From positions 12,090,001-12,154,000 of the forward strand of contig NC_045138.2 of assembly GCF_008831285.2 (NCBI RefSeq): a stretch of 64,000 nt of DNA, written 5' to 3'. The translations under genes and the position numbers were made by a program. How positions within the stretch are numbered: position 1 is the stretch's first letter; every line of letters starts with the position of its first letter. Below the pieces are notes generated by a model. It saw nothing but the letters and a program-made list of their open reading frames with translations. It was not told the origin of the DNA and ran no database searches. Of this stretch, positions 51,673-64,000 are shown piece after piece. The DNA is from Nymphaea colorata (taxonomy: Eukaryota).

Positions 51673-52610
51673 TGTTTAACAATGGCATGAGGTTACCGAC
51701 TCCTGTATCACGATAACACTCATCACCGACTTCTGTATCAGGAGAACACTCACAACAATAACACGGACAATAAAGCACAATCACTTAAGAGATACAATAG
51801 ATTTTAAGTGGTTCGGCATATAGTCTACATCCATGGAGAGAACACATGATCAGCACTGTTTTTCATTCGCTTGCCCTTTTCACCATATTGCAAGAAAGAT
51901 CAAGAATCGTATATCAATGGTAAGAAGAAGGCCAAGGAACACAATGAGAAAGAGAATCCACGGAAAAAGGAAGGAAAAGGCATAAGCAGCTTCCATAAAA
52001 CATTGCACCCTAATTTAGGAAGATCATCACGAGAATGGGCAATGAATTATGAGGAAATATAGCATTCTCCCCATCGTGGTGCACGGAAACTTGTCTGCCC
52101 TAACTTGTGATGCAATGGCTTAGTAAGAATGTAGGCCAGCTGATTTTCAATTGTTACATGACTAGTATTTTTCTTTTGAATTTTCTTTCCAATAAAGTGG
52201 CAATCAACTTTTGTAAGTTTTGTTCTTTCATGATAGAAGAGATTGACACTTACATAAATTGCCACCATATTATCACACTGAAGCTCCATTGGCTGATTCA
52301 CCTCAAATCTCATATCATGGAGTGCTTTTATCCAAATTAGCTCTCAAGTACATATTGCCATGGCTCTATACTATGCCTCTATGCTTGATCGTATAACAAC
52401 AACTTGCTTTTTACTCTTAAAAACAACAACTTGCTTTTTACTCTTTTAGGTGACTAAACTTCCTCCAACAAAAGTACAAAAACATGCGGTGGACCTCCTC
52501 TTATTCGGGTGTCCAACCCAATCAGGATCAATGTATCTCACAATGTTCAAATGATTGTGTTTTCTCATAAGTATTCCTTTATCTAGACTTCCCTTTATGT
52601 ACGTAAAATT
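51673..52610 (-). mobile_element. Degraded copia RT/RNase H end, PPT and probable 3' LTR
   Basis: LRYIKG..DKGIL, DPDWVG, CDNMVAI, HERTK, QLAYILTKPL. PPT GGGGAGAA at 52072->52065. LTR about 52064->51673 (tentative). Confidence 0.8.
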
Positions 52611-52649
52611 ATATGGGCAGCATCCATGTGGACACGAAAGAGATAATGG

Positions 52650-53212
52650 ATCTCAAGTTCAGCCTACCAACTTGGAAAAATAGTAAGGCTTTCCAAGTTC
52701 CGTACACCAACCTAAATAGAAGAGAAAAAGACTCATCAAGTTCAACACACCAGCTTGGAGAACAGTTTAATGTTTCTAGATTCGATACACCAATCATAGA
52801 AATGAAAGAGATAGACTTTTAGGTTTGAGATACCAACCTGAAACTAGAGGGAAAGACTTGTTGGGTTCAGTAGACCAACTTGAAGGGTAGCCAAGCATAT
52901 CTAGGTTTAACACACCAACTATAGAGACAAAAGAGATATACTTTTAGGTTCAACACACCAAACTGAAAGCAGAGAGAAAGACTCTCCAGGTTCGATATGC
53001 TAACTTGGAGAGCAATCAGATATCTCTAAGTTCAACACACTAACCATGAAGAAGAAGATAGATCTTTAGGTTCAATACACCAACCTGAAAGTAGAGAAAA
53101 AGACTCCCCAAGTTCAATTAACCAACGTGGAGAGCAGCCGGATGTCTTTAAATTTTACATACCAACCAAAGGGACAACGGAGATAGTCTTCTAAGTTCAA
53201 CACGCCATCTTG
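52650..53212. repeat. Degenerate tandem array, about 14 units of ~41-42 bp
   Basis: Recurrent core (C/T)ARGTTCAAYACACCAAC with a three-unit (~124 bp) higher-order period. Confidence 0.85.
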
Positions 53213-55972
53213 CATATGAGACCAGTGTCTTCACCAACCAGGGAATAGTGGATGACAAGACTCTTCCCTATAGGTTGACAGACTACATGACTAGGATCTC
53301 AAGAAGGAAGGTGCTAGTTCTCACCTTATACTAGGGACCTTCATTCGCATTTGTGGGGCACAAAAGAGGAGATATTAGCTCGCCCCACATCTTCTTAAGG
53401 AAGGATCTGCAAGGTGATCCTCATTTGCACTAGTGCACTCTTGATCTTCACCAATGGGCAGGGCATCATGGACCTTAGAGCTGTACAACTCTTCAGAATG
53501 TGGGGAACCTTCAAGAGCAGTTGAGTTTCAGTGGCCATGGTAGGATTTTAACATTTTTGTATGGGAGACTCACCAAATTTCTCATGCAGGGTATATAGTT
53601 GTAGAGGAGTACACTTGGTTCTTCCAAAAATGGTTTTATCGACACACTGTCCAAAATGGAGAAGCATTCAGACCGACTGGTGACAACGTCTTCTCCTCCA
53701 TGCCTACAGATAGGTGTTGGATCACTTGACGAATGATAAATTGTTTCGGATTTCTACTATAGAAAGCAACACCGACCTTGATATGCATTCCATGAACAGA
53801 GAATCAATGTTATTTTTTGTGGCCCATTTGTGGTTCTTTATCATCCAGAGAGGAGAGTGGCTCAATTTTCAAGGAGGTATGATCAAGGTGGAATTCAGCA
53901 CTGCAGCAGAGTTTGATTTGAGCACTGATGCATGGCAAGGTGCTCACAGTTAGGCACATGTCACCTAGTCAACTATGGCTAGCAACCTAAGTCTATTTGG
54001 TTGACTCGTGAGGGCCAGAACGTACATGGAGTGTGGGAAAGTGTTTGGCATATTCCTTATTGTCAATGGGTTTGCCTTGTCTTCGAACTCATTGTCAAAA
54101 AAATATTTTAATTGATAAAGATATTATATTTCCCTTTCATTTTATGAACTCATGAAGCTTGCCTTTAAAATTATGTCACTCAGGTTTTGATTCAAACTAA
54201 CATATCTCTCAGTTGGATTTGAGTTCATTCATTATGGTTTGAGTTCATTTTAGTTTTGAAGATATCAGAGCTGCACACTCATATTTTTCATGGGTCAGAG
54301 AAAAATTTGAGGTCAACATGATGGAGTGAGCAGGAACTGAGCTAGGATCATTTTGATCATGTATAAATCTATCTTCTCTTAGTTTGGTTTGAGCTCATCT
54401 CTCTAGGTTTCAGTTCGATTCTGTTTTCAATATTCTAAAACTCATTCTTAGTAATGAAAACACCTGACGAGCTTAGTTCAGCTAAATTAGATCAAAAGTT
54501 TTCGATCTTTCAACATGACTTTATTGGTAAATGGATGATCTAAGCACCCGCAGCTCCATCAATAAAACTTTCAATGATAACCTAATTTTTCAAATTCTCA
54601 AATAGTTTTCCTTTACAATATGACATTTTCATCTTGTAGATTTTTTAAAATTGATTTTCAGAACAATCTAGGAGGACATTTTGAATAAAATTTTAACCAA
54701 ATCTGATATAGAAGTATGCCCACATAATGGTTTAGTCGGTTCAACCAAACTAACCTAGAGCTCTGAAATTATATACAGTATAAAGAAATCATTTCCCATT
54801 CCTATCCCCTTTTTTTAATAAACTTAGGTTACGTCCTACTTGTAGCTAAGTTCATTCTTTTCTTTGACTTCTAGAGATTCAAGTTGAACCAAATCCAGGA
54901 TTTGAGTCTGTTTCAACCCTAGATCACACCCAAGGATAAAACAATCATTTTCTTGTAATCCATATTTTTCTCTTGAACCTAGGGTTATATGTCATATACA
55001 ACTAAGTTCATGTTGCTTACATTTTCAGATCTTTAGAGCTCCAGTTTGAAATCCCTTTTTTTATTTTAAAAACATAACAATTCATCTAGATCTACGATTT
55101 AGGAAAAAATAATCTTTTCTATTTAAATCCCTTACCTATACCCAAGGGAAAAGTAGCTAATTCATCTTCAATGTCATTCTTTACTTAGGTTGTATGTCAC
55201 ATATACCTAAGTTTATAATATTTGGAGCATTAATTATAATTTTTCATCGATTGTTTTTAGATCCATGAACTATTGCCGTCTAGATCTCTTACCTAGAATT
55301 TTGTACCATATCTCCTATCTCATCCAAAATCCATTTTCTAAAACTTTCTCTAGATTATACCTTGATTTGAATATTAGAACCATGTCCACGATCCGTTTTC
55401 TAGAATTTTCCTTGGATTAAGGTTTTGATTTAAATATTAAAACCATGTCCCAATGCAAGATACATACAAAAAATCTGCATATATGCAATAAATGTCATAC
55501 TCAATTTCTTATAGTGTTAACACCACAAATTATTCCATTCAATTGCTGAAAGCAATTCCGAATTTCACAAAATAACTATGAAAACTTCAATTTCAAGTGA
55601 ATTTTAAAATCTAAGACAAATCAAGTTTAAATAATGAATTTGACTCACAACACAAATCTCAATGCAGGATTACGAGTCCAAATCATAATCCAATACACAA
55701 TATTGGATCCAAATTGGGATTTGAAACCCAAATCTGATTGTAATTGTCATTTGGAATCCCAATCCAATTACAAATCTGAATCTGGATTTAAATTTAAAAA
55801 ATAGATCCATTTAGAGATCCACAACACAAGTGGGCCCAACCTAGCCTATGTGGACAAGGGACCACCCGGGGTACCACTTACCCCCTATCTCATAAAAAAA
55901 TATATACTTTTATTAAACCTAATCATTTTCAATGCAAGGTAGATAATCATGAGGTTTATGGGAAAGGAAAAG

Positions 55973-56006
<34 letters not shown>

Positions 56007-56017
56007 ATGTGTGTGTG

Positions 56018-59000
56018 CATGGCGGAGCTAGGATTTTTTTCAGGGGCGGGCCAAATGGTCCAATGAACTATAATATATTATAATATAATATAATATTTTA
56101 TATATATATATATATATATATAGTAGAAGTGAACATATGTCGTATATAATTGCCCACGTCATGAACGTGAAGTGCGACCTGTCCTACCACACATTTACTA
56201 ATTGCTTGTGTCATTAGCATAAAGCGTGATCTATCCTCAGCAGATAAGGTGCTCTATTTCTACTACAGTGACGTAAGTGTGAGCAGTGAACATAAGGTAG
56301 ATATACAAATATCACAACTCAAAATATAACAAACAAATATATCTATAAACTCTAAAACCAAAACATGTTACTTACCTAAAACAAGCATTTTGTATTCTTT
56401 CTATGTAACACAATCAGTTTTTGCTTCTGTTTTTATTGAAAATAGTTACACATTATCATTCATTCACCTACACAATAAAATATAAACAAAAACTACATCA
56501 TTTATTATTGAAACTAAATACTGACTCAAATAAACATTAACATAAAAATGATGCAACAAAATACTTTACCTATTGCAACTTGTTTTTTCCTCTTGGTTTT
56601 CTCCCTCGTGATCAATAACTTGTTTTTTTTTTTGAAATAATCTTGAATATTTTTTATCATCTTCTCAATAAGCTAACATGAAAAATCTGAAATTTAAAAT
56701 AGACAATAAGATTTAAACATTTTAGATATATACAAACCTAAGAAACATAGCACAATGCAAACAACATATGTTGACAGGAAATTGTTAAGGTAGATGTTCA
56801 GTTTGTACCTCATAAATCTTCTCGATATAAGCCTCTTGGCCCTTTTCAGAAGCTCTCCTAGTGTTTCTTTCTTTTATTTCCTTAGGCCCCGTTTGAAAGT
56901 CGGGGTAAAATGAGAGGAGGGGGTGAAATTTGTATGGGCGGGTGAAATTTCACCCGCCCGACTAAAAACGCAACAAATAGGGTGGAATTTCACCCGTTTG
57001 TTGTAAAAGGGGCTCGACATGCTTTCTCACCGTCGCATTTGAGTCGCTGGCGGCAATTGCCGTTTCTCTCTACATCTCCGCACCCTCATCTCTTCCAATC
57101 TATCATCTCCACATCTCTGTTTCCCTCATCTCTTCCAAATCTATCATCTCCACATCTCCGTTTCTCCCTTGGCCACGCATCATCAATGAAGTTCAGAAGC
57201 TGTTCTTTCGTCACCTCATGAGTTTCAAAGATGCTCATCGCGTCATGAATTCCAGAGATGCTCGACAATGAAAAGAAGAACTAGGGCTTTGCGTGGGATG
57301 AAGATCGACCTCCAGGCAGACTTCCCGATCTTGGGGGTTGGCTTGGAGCAGTACGACGGCCATTGTAGAGATAAGAATGGAATAGAATCCTGTTCAAGTT
57401 CTTCTCAGCATCCACCCTCACCGAAACTCCACCGCCTCCCCCCTGAACCCAACATCGATTGTTCCCCCACCATCCCATGATTGTGAAGCATTCGAGCTAT
57501 GCTTGTTAAACCAGGATTTTTCCTGTGTGATTCCTTTGTTCTGGTAAGTCCTCCCCTATCTGACCACTATTATTGGCTTCTGCCCTGCAATGCATCATTC
57601 TTAGTTATTTTCCCTCTCCCGGTGGTCGAGCTCAACCACCAGTAACCATTTGAAATCTCGGTGTCATTCAGCTCTGGCCCCAGCATCATTCGCCGATGCC
57701 ATCCCTGCTTCACTGTTCGCTTGCTTCATTGTCCATTGCCCCTGTCCATCGGCTTCAGCCAGAATCAACAAGCGACGCCACTGTCTTCACCTCCCTTCAA
57801 TTGCCTCTCCATTTTCAGCCACTTCTTTCTTCTTGTGCATCAAACATGGTTAAATTTACCACGTTAAATTTCACCCGACAATCAAACAAGGCCTCAGATT
57901 GGAAGAGGGAGAAATTTCATCCTCTAAATTTTTTCAGAAAAATTTACCATGATAAATTTACTACGTTAAATTTCAACAGACAATCAAACGGGCCCTTAGG
58001 GACATCAAGCTCTCCAGCTTTTCCGAAGACAGCAGGAAGAACTGAATTTGAAACTGGATTGGGCCCACCTTTGCTCACTCTGAATCTATGCATTAGGAAA
58101 TTTATCCCAATTAGAGGTGTTTCAATCATCTTGATAACAATGTGACAAGTAAAACTACAAAGCAACAACTAATGAAGGATAACCAGAAGAAAGACAAATA
58201 TCGCTGGAAAATTTCACAAGAAATATTTTCCTCAAGTCAATAAGTTAAACAAGAACAATATAGTTATAAAACATACTTGAGCTACATACAGAGCATATAT
58301 TTTGGCACAAAAATTGGATGTTTTGAATTTAATTGATGAAACAATAACTTTACTTCTATAAAGATGAAAAACAACTATCATAATAAATCTGAAAAGCAAA
58401 ACAAATGAATAATTAATCATATGCTTAGACTGATGCAGATACTATCTCCTTCTCAATTTTCCCATATCGCTTTGCCTTCTTTGCATCTTGTGCTCCTTGC
58501 ATCCAGCACAAGACTTTGGATAAATGCTTAATGCATTTTCCCTATGCATTTAACATAGAAAGGCATTAACAAGAAGCCAAAAAGCCTATTGAAGAACGCA
58601 AGGCCGAACTGGTCAGACATCAAGTGCTTAATTTTGACTAACTATTTGCATGAAGTCTACATTCAATACCATCATTAGTATAATATCGTATGAGATATAT
58701 CAACTTCAAGCACCTTAATTGCTCACTACCTTTCCAATAAATGAACAATCACTAAAGGCAGAGTCTTCTAAAGAATCTACATGACCAGAAGATGAAGATG
58801 ATTCATATGATTCTTCATGATGCACATGACAGCAACATGATAAATGGGAAAGGACAATGATTTGATAGAGCATGTCCCTACTCCCTCCTGTTGTTGTGCC
58901 AACGAAAAAGTTCATACAAATACAAGTCCCTAGAAAATATTCAATTTTTCCAACCAAGCTTTTTGGAGAAAAAGAAGAGGAAATATCACATTATTTACAG

Positions 59001-59630
59001 GATTTGGAAAAACTAATAGTAGCCTAATGACAAAGCAAATAACTCAACAAATGCCTAATGAAAACACTATTGCAAAGGCATGGGGGAATTGAGAGCTTAC
59101 AGCGAAGAGCAAGGGAGTTGGGATTCATAACACAAATCCTCAAACCGAGCAAGAACGTTATATGTGCGTAAAATCAGACTATATAAATTTCTAAAATTTA
59201 TAAGACTATATAAATTAACAAAAAAAGTTGGGGAAAAATGAATTCCTTAAAGTGCTAGTAAAGGGGCAGAGATTTGTGAGAGAGAAGTGAGAACTGACCT
59301 GTCAGCGAGAGAGAGGGGCCCCCGCCCCTGGTTGTGGGCCAGAGAGGAGGGGAGCAAGCGAGAGAGGGGCAGATTAGGGTAGGGCAGAGAGGGAGTGAGC
59401 GAGAGAAAGGGGCAAAAGACGGAAAGAGGGTCGGGCCAGAGAGGGAGGGAGGGAGGGAGCGAGAGAGAGTGTTATGCATGAAAGCGGGTCGGACCAAGAT
59501 GATCCGCGGGTCGGGTCAAGAGGAGCAACAGGTCGGGCCAAACTAAAAAAAATTGATTTTTTCAATATAATTTTTTTTTTCCTGCGCTGACCCGGGCCAT
59601 GGCCTAGGCACCCCCCTCCCTCCGCCCCTG
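56018..59630. mobile_element. Non-autonomous hAT-like element (3.6 kb) inserted in a (TG)n tract
   Basis: CATGGCGGAG ... CTCCGCCCCTG termini, flanks TGTGTGTG / TGTGTGTA, no transposase ORF. Confidence 0.65.
56885..57995. mobile_element. PIF/Harbinger non-autonomous element nested in the hAT-like element
   Basis: TTA|GGCCCCGTTTGA ... TCAAACGGGCCC|TTA, with subterminal GTGAAATTT/AAATTTCAC repeats. Confidence 0.85.
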
Positions 59631-62600
59631 TGTGTGTATGTGCACGCATTGATTAAGAAGTTCTCTAATTAAAGAGAGGAACCTAGTTCCAAAGGAAGCC
59701 ATTGTGGATCCTACCAAACCCAATTATGGCATGTGGGTTCAGCCTTGGTGCATCTAGATGTGGCGCCACAACCATGAGGTAAGACAAACAATGAGCTCAC
59801 TCAAGTCAAACCCAGTCAAAATGACCAGGTTTATCCCAGGATGCAATTACTAGACAAAAATAAACTTTGACAATCAATTTTACTCTGATTGAACCAAGTC
59901 AAATTGCATTTCAAATTAAGCTTAGTTGAAACACAATGAAATGTTTTTTAAGCTCCAAATTTGTCAAAATTATTAAAACCAAGTCAAGATCAGCAGGCAG
60001 ACCAGGCTTTGACTTTGGTCAAATGGTCTAATCCGATCAAACTTAGACAAATTTGTCCTTCTTTAAAACAAATTTATAGAATCCAAAATTGGGATTTTAT
60101 ACAAATCAAGCATACATTTGAACTTGTAAAAATATATAAGTCAAATATAAAGCTGAAAATCAACATTCTAAATCGAAATTTGATTCAGTCAAATCCATTT
60201 TCAATTAAATTTTGGACAAGAATGTTCTTTTTAGATCAAACTTATCAAGATTTTTAAAGTCTTTGCAAACCAAACTGTATTATCATCCATGATTCAGTAG
60301 AACCTAGAGCCAAGTCACTATATCAAAACCTAGTAAGCTCAATTTCAAATTCAAACCCAGGCCAAGGGCATTTTGTCAAAAAATTAATCAAATTTAGGTG
60401 TTTGAACCTAAAGCCTTTGAATTAAACCTAATTTGACTAGGTCTAAGCCACAATCGATTAGGCCTACTGAGCTCACCCAGCCCATGCATGTGGGCTAGGT
60501 GTGCTTAGTTGGAAAGTTAAAAGGGATTAAATGTGATTTAATCATCTCTTATTTGATCAGCAATCCATGTCTCTTGGATTTAGTCAATGAGAGATGATTA
60601 TCTCATCTGTTGGTCGAACAAGAAGGATGACTGGACCAGCTATAACCCGCCAGCTCAAGTGAGCATTTTCCCAAGAGACTTGGGCATGCCCAAGAGAGGG
60701 TATTAAGGAGGTAGGTGCACAGTCTCCTCCCCCCTTCCCTAACCTATGCTAAGTCTATGTAAACCCACCTTGGCAACCAAGGTGGGGGACAACCCTCATT
60801 TCAATTTTCTGTTATCTAGTTTCTTCTCCTTAGTTGCAGCCAAGAGGAAGAAGAAGAATAAGCTACTGTCTCCTCCCTCTCTTTCTCCCTCTTATTCCTT
60901 GTTTTCAGTTTTGCTAAGCTCGGGTACTTTCTTGGACTCTAGCTTAAGATTTCCAGCATAATCATTCTCCATTTCCAGCAAGAAGACTCTTTTTCCAGCT
61001 TTTCTAAGCAAGAATCTAAGCTTGGGTTCTTGCTTAGTATTGCTTGACTTAGAGAACAAGTTAAGAGAATTTTCAAGCACCAAACCGAACCACAAGTTAG
61101 GGGTAATTCCATCTTGTTCTCCATTCTATTTTTGGTTCTTGCTGTTCATAAAATTTCATATTTGTAGGAGGAAATCTTATTTTCATTCTTGTAAGTATCT
61201 GGGAATGATGTCCAGCTAGGGTGATCCTCATTTTGTACATTTTAATGCATAATAAATCTATTTTTCAAAAGAGGAAACTCATTAATATAATTTCTAAAAG
61301 GGCCTCAAGGTCACGCCCTTTTCAAAACAACCAGCCTTAACCCCATTCTAACTCCTTAGGAAAGGAGAAACTATGGTAAGAGAGTGACATTTTCTTGCTG
61401 TAATCATATACTTTAAATGCCAATTAGGGAAGGATTCATCCACATGGATGTAATCCACCCTTGCAATGGACACATTCATGCAATCTTGCTTGAGCATAGT
61501 TGTTAATTTCTCCTTATTTTTATATACATTTTCATAAATTATTTGAGAAACGTGGTTAAGGAGACAAAGGACTATGTTTCCATTCTCTTTATGTAAAAAA
61601 CCCATTTATGGAATATCATTTTCTATATGCTGAGAGGTCCTTTCTCAAGAATTTCCATTGCAAGAGATGACACTCATGTACATGTCTTTACATATATATA
61701 TATGCTTCACACATGTGCTGCTTTTCTCTCTAAATCAGATTAAGAATCAAGTTTCCAAGCTGGTTTAGAAGAAAGAAAACTTTTTCATTTTTTTTAAGTT
61801 CAAGGCTGCAAGGTCGACTCAATTTTCAATTCAAAAAACTGGATATCCCAACAATGCATGTGCAAATATGCACACATAGTGCTGAAATAAGACCTCAATC
61901 TCATAAAATCAAACTTAAGGTCTTGAAGTTTAAATTCTTAGAGCATTCACTTCAAACCAAAAAACAGTCATGAATTAGGCGTCCACCATAGAACTAGAAA
62001 AATCTCTAGTTCAACTCAAGTCGGCACTCTAAGATTGCTTCCTAGATGTCGTTGATTTTCATTTGAAATGTCTAAATCAGCAATGAGATCAATTTTTCTA
62101 CCAAATGCTGAAAAATCTTAGTCAAAACTCAAATTTTTATTTCTCCAAAAGAGGAGTCCGTCATGCTAAGAGTCATCTAAGAAGATGGCAATTTCTGTGC
62201 ATGAAACCTGAAATTTAAATTGGCCCCATGTTGAATTACAATATGTAAATCCAGCACAAATTAGGATATATTTTCAATATTTGTATTCCACTGGTCAATT
62301 TAAAAACTTGACTTGTGATAAATTAAGTAAAATTTCAGCAATTTGATATCTTTTCTAAAGACCAACCTTTTTAGATCAATATTTCTCATTTTGTAGAAAT
62401 TAAATTCGAATAAAATCTGATTTCATGACCATTTGGAGATGAAAAGGGATGCTACCCACGTCTCCCTTCATTTTGAAAAATTAAAAATTTTTTAATATCA
62501 TTTTTATGTTTTATACCATTTTGAGAAATTTATCACATGTCACACACATAGATCCAATTCTTATAATTTAGAACCTCTAGGCATGTACTTCCTTCTTCTT

Positions 62601-64000
62601 CTATTCTTTTTTTTTTCCTTTTTTTTCTTTTGACCTTTCTTGCATGTCTTGATTTTCTTTGATATTCCTCCTTTTTTTTCTTGTTTGAGCCATTTTCACT
62701 TTTAGGTGAGCCACTTTTCACCTTTAATTGAAATACCTCACCACCCTAAAGGCTATTACAAGGCAACATAGCTTCTATTGGGAAATGCTTAGACTCATCC
62801 CTCAATTATTTGATGATATTAACAAGAGGTGTATCTCATTATTTATCAGACCATACATAAGCAGATAAAGACAATGTCATTGGGTGTACAAAACCAATTT
62901 CTATAAGAGGATGAACTGAGATTTTAAAGGTTGGGGATTATTTAACAGCTTGAGCCATGTAACTTAAAACAAAATTTTGACTGTTTGAATTTTCAATAAA
63001 TCCCTATTTTTAACTTGATTTTTGTTAGTACATATTTATAATGGAAAATAGTTTTGTTTTCACTAGAGGAAATAGCATTGATATATAATTTTGATATGGA
63101 ATTGAATCATTCAGAAGGTGAGATCAAGAACATTTCAAAAACTGGCCCTTGAATCCACTTAAACCTATTTTAGAATGAGATTTAAAAACAAGGCATTTTG
63201 ATATGTTTAAAAAGAAACCAAATGGCTAAAATCACTGGAATCCATTTCGAAAATGTTTTGCGCATAGGATTTAGCCAAATCACAAAATTTTCTATGGTTT
63301 CTTATCTTGTCCTAGACTAACTTTTTTCTAGAGTTGTCCGACAAGTCTTAAATGTTGCTAGTTCTTACTAAGTTTTTAAGAATTCCTCATATTTTGTTTT
63401 TTCAAAACAGGTAATTTGAAAAGTTCTACGGCTGGTGATGGGGAGTTTGGCTTTAGAGTTTGGGAAAATGTTTATATTAAAGGGCCTTTGGAGATCAGAG
63501 TTTATAGATATTTTGGGAAGTAACGGCTAAATAATTTCAAGCAAGTGATGTTAGGCTAGGAATAGATTGTCAGGTTGGAGCTGATGAACAAGAAAATATA
63601 AATAAAGAAAAGCAAAGAAAAAACAAAATGGCCCAATATGAAAAATCAAATGACATACGACTAGTCACCATTCTAACACATGTTATTATAGGGATGATGA
63701 TGCAGAGTTTTGTTGATCATAAATGTGGAACAAAGTGACAAAAAATTATGATTGACTATGAATAGAAATTCTTAAGATGTAAGACATTAACTGGGCCTAT
63801 AATTACTTCATCATAATCAATGAGTCTGTATGAGTTATTGGGTGACACTACCTTGACAATGTAAGGACTTTCTCAATTAGGGTCTCGTTTCCCATTTGGA
63901 TGGTTCTTCAAAGGGATACGGGATCAAAGCACTAAGATGCTTAACGTGAAACTTCCTCACAATTACTGATTTGACATATTGTCAAACTATCAACTAAAGA

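Noticed and set aside
52650..53212. CRISPR-like repeat/spacer look
   Set aside because: The linkers are themselves repeated in a three-unit period, the cores are degenerate, no cas genes are present, and the context is eukaryotic.
59631..64000. AT-rich region (with 54000-56000) that looks like an old large LTR element
   Set aside because: No PBS, PPT, termini or coding motifs could be identified with confidence.

Overview
Plant (angiosperm) nuclear DNA, rich in repeats. It holds two host genes: the last two coding exons of a DusA-type tRNA-dihydrouridine synthase (8722-8802, 11013-11183), whose introns are packed with transposons, and a complete three-exon CUC3-like NAC transcription factor (49284-50982). 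The rest is Ty1/copia elements (one nested at the YVDD motif of another), a degraded Ty3/gypsy chromovirus (about 11.8-33.5 kb, minus strand) and many MITE, hAT, Harbinger and CACTA remnants. The most unusual part is a roughly 16.9 kb insert (13436-30332) that splits the chromovirus pol. It is a head-to-tail chimera of non-autonomous LTR elements with four tRNA-Met primer binding sites (PBS) and no recognisable gag or pol. Each of its two internal regions encodes a decayed long ORF with an FHA domain resembling the meiotic protein PS1, preceded by a hidden degenerate array of about 220 bp units. The left end of the insert is an LTR, a PBS and a 56 bp fold-back. All family assignments come from recalled motifs, not database searches.
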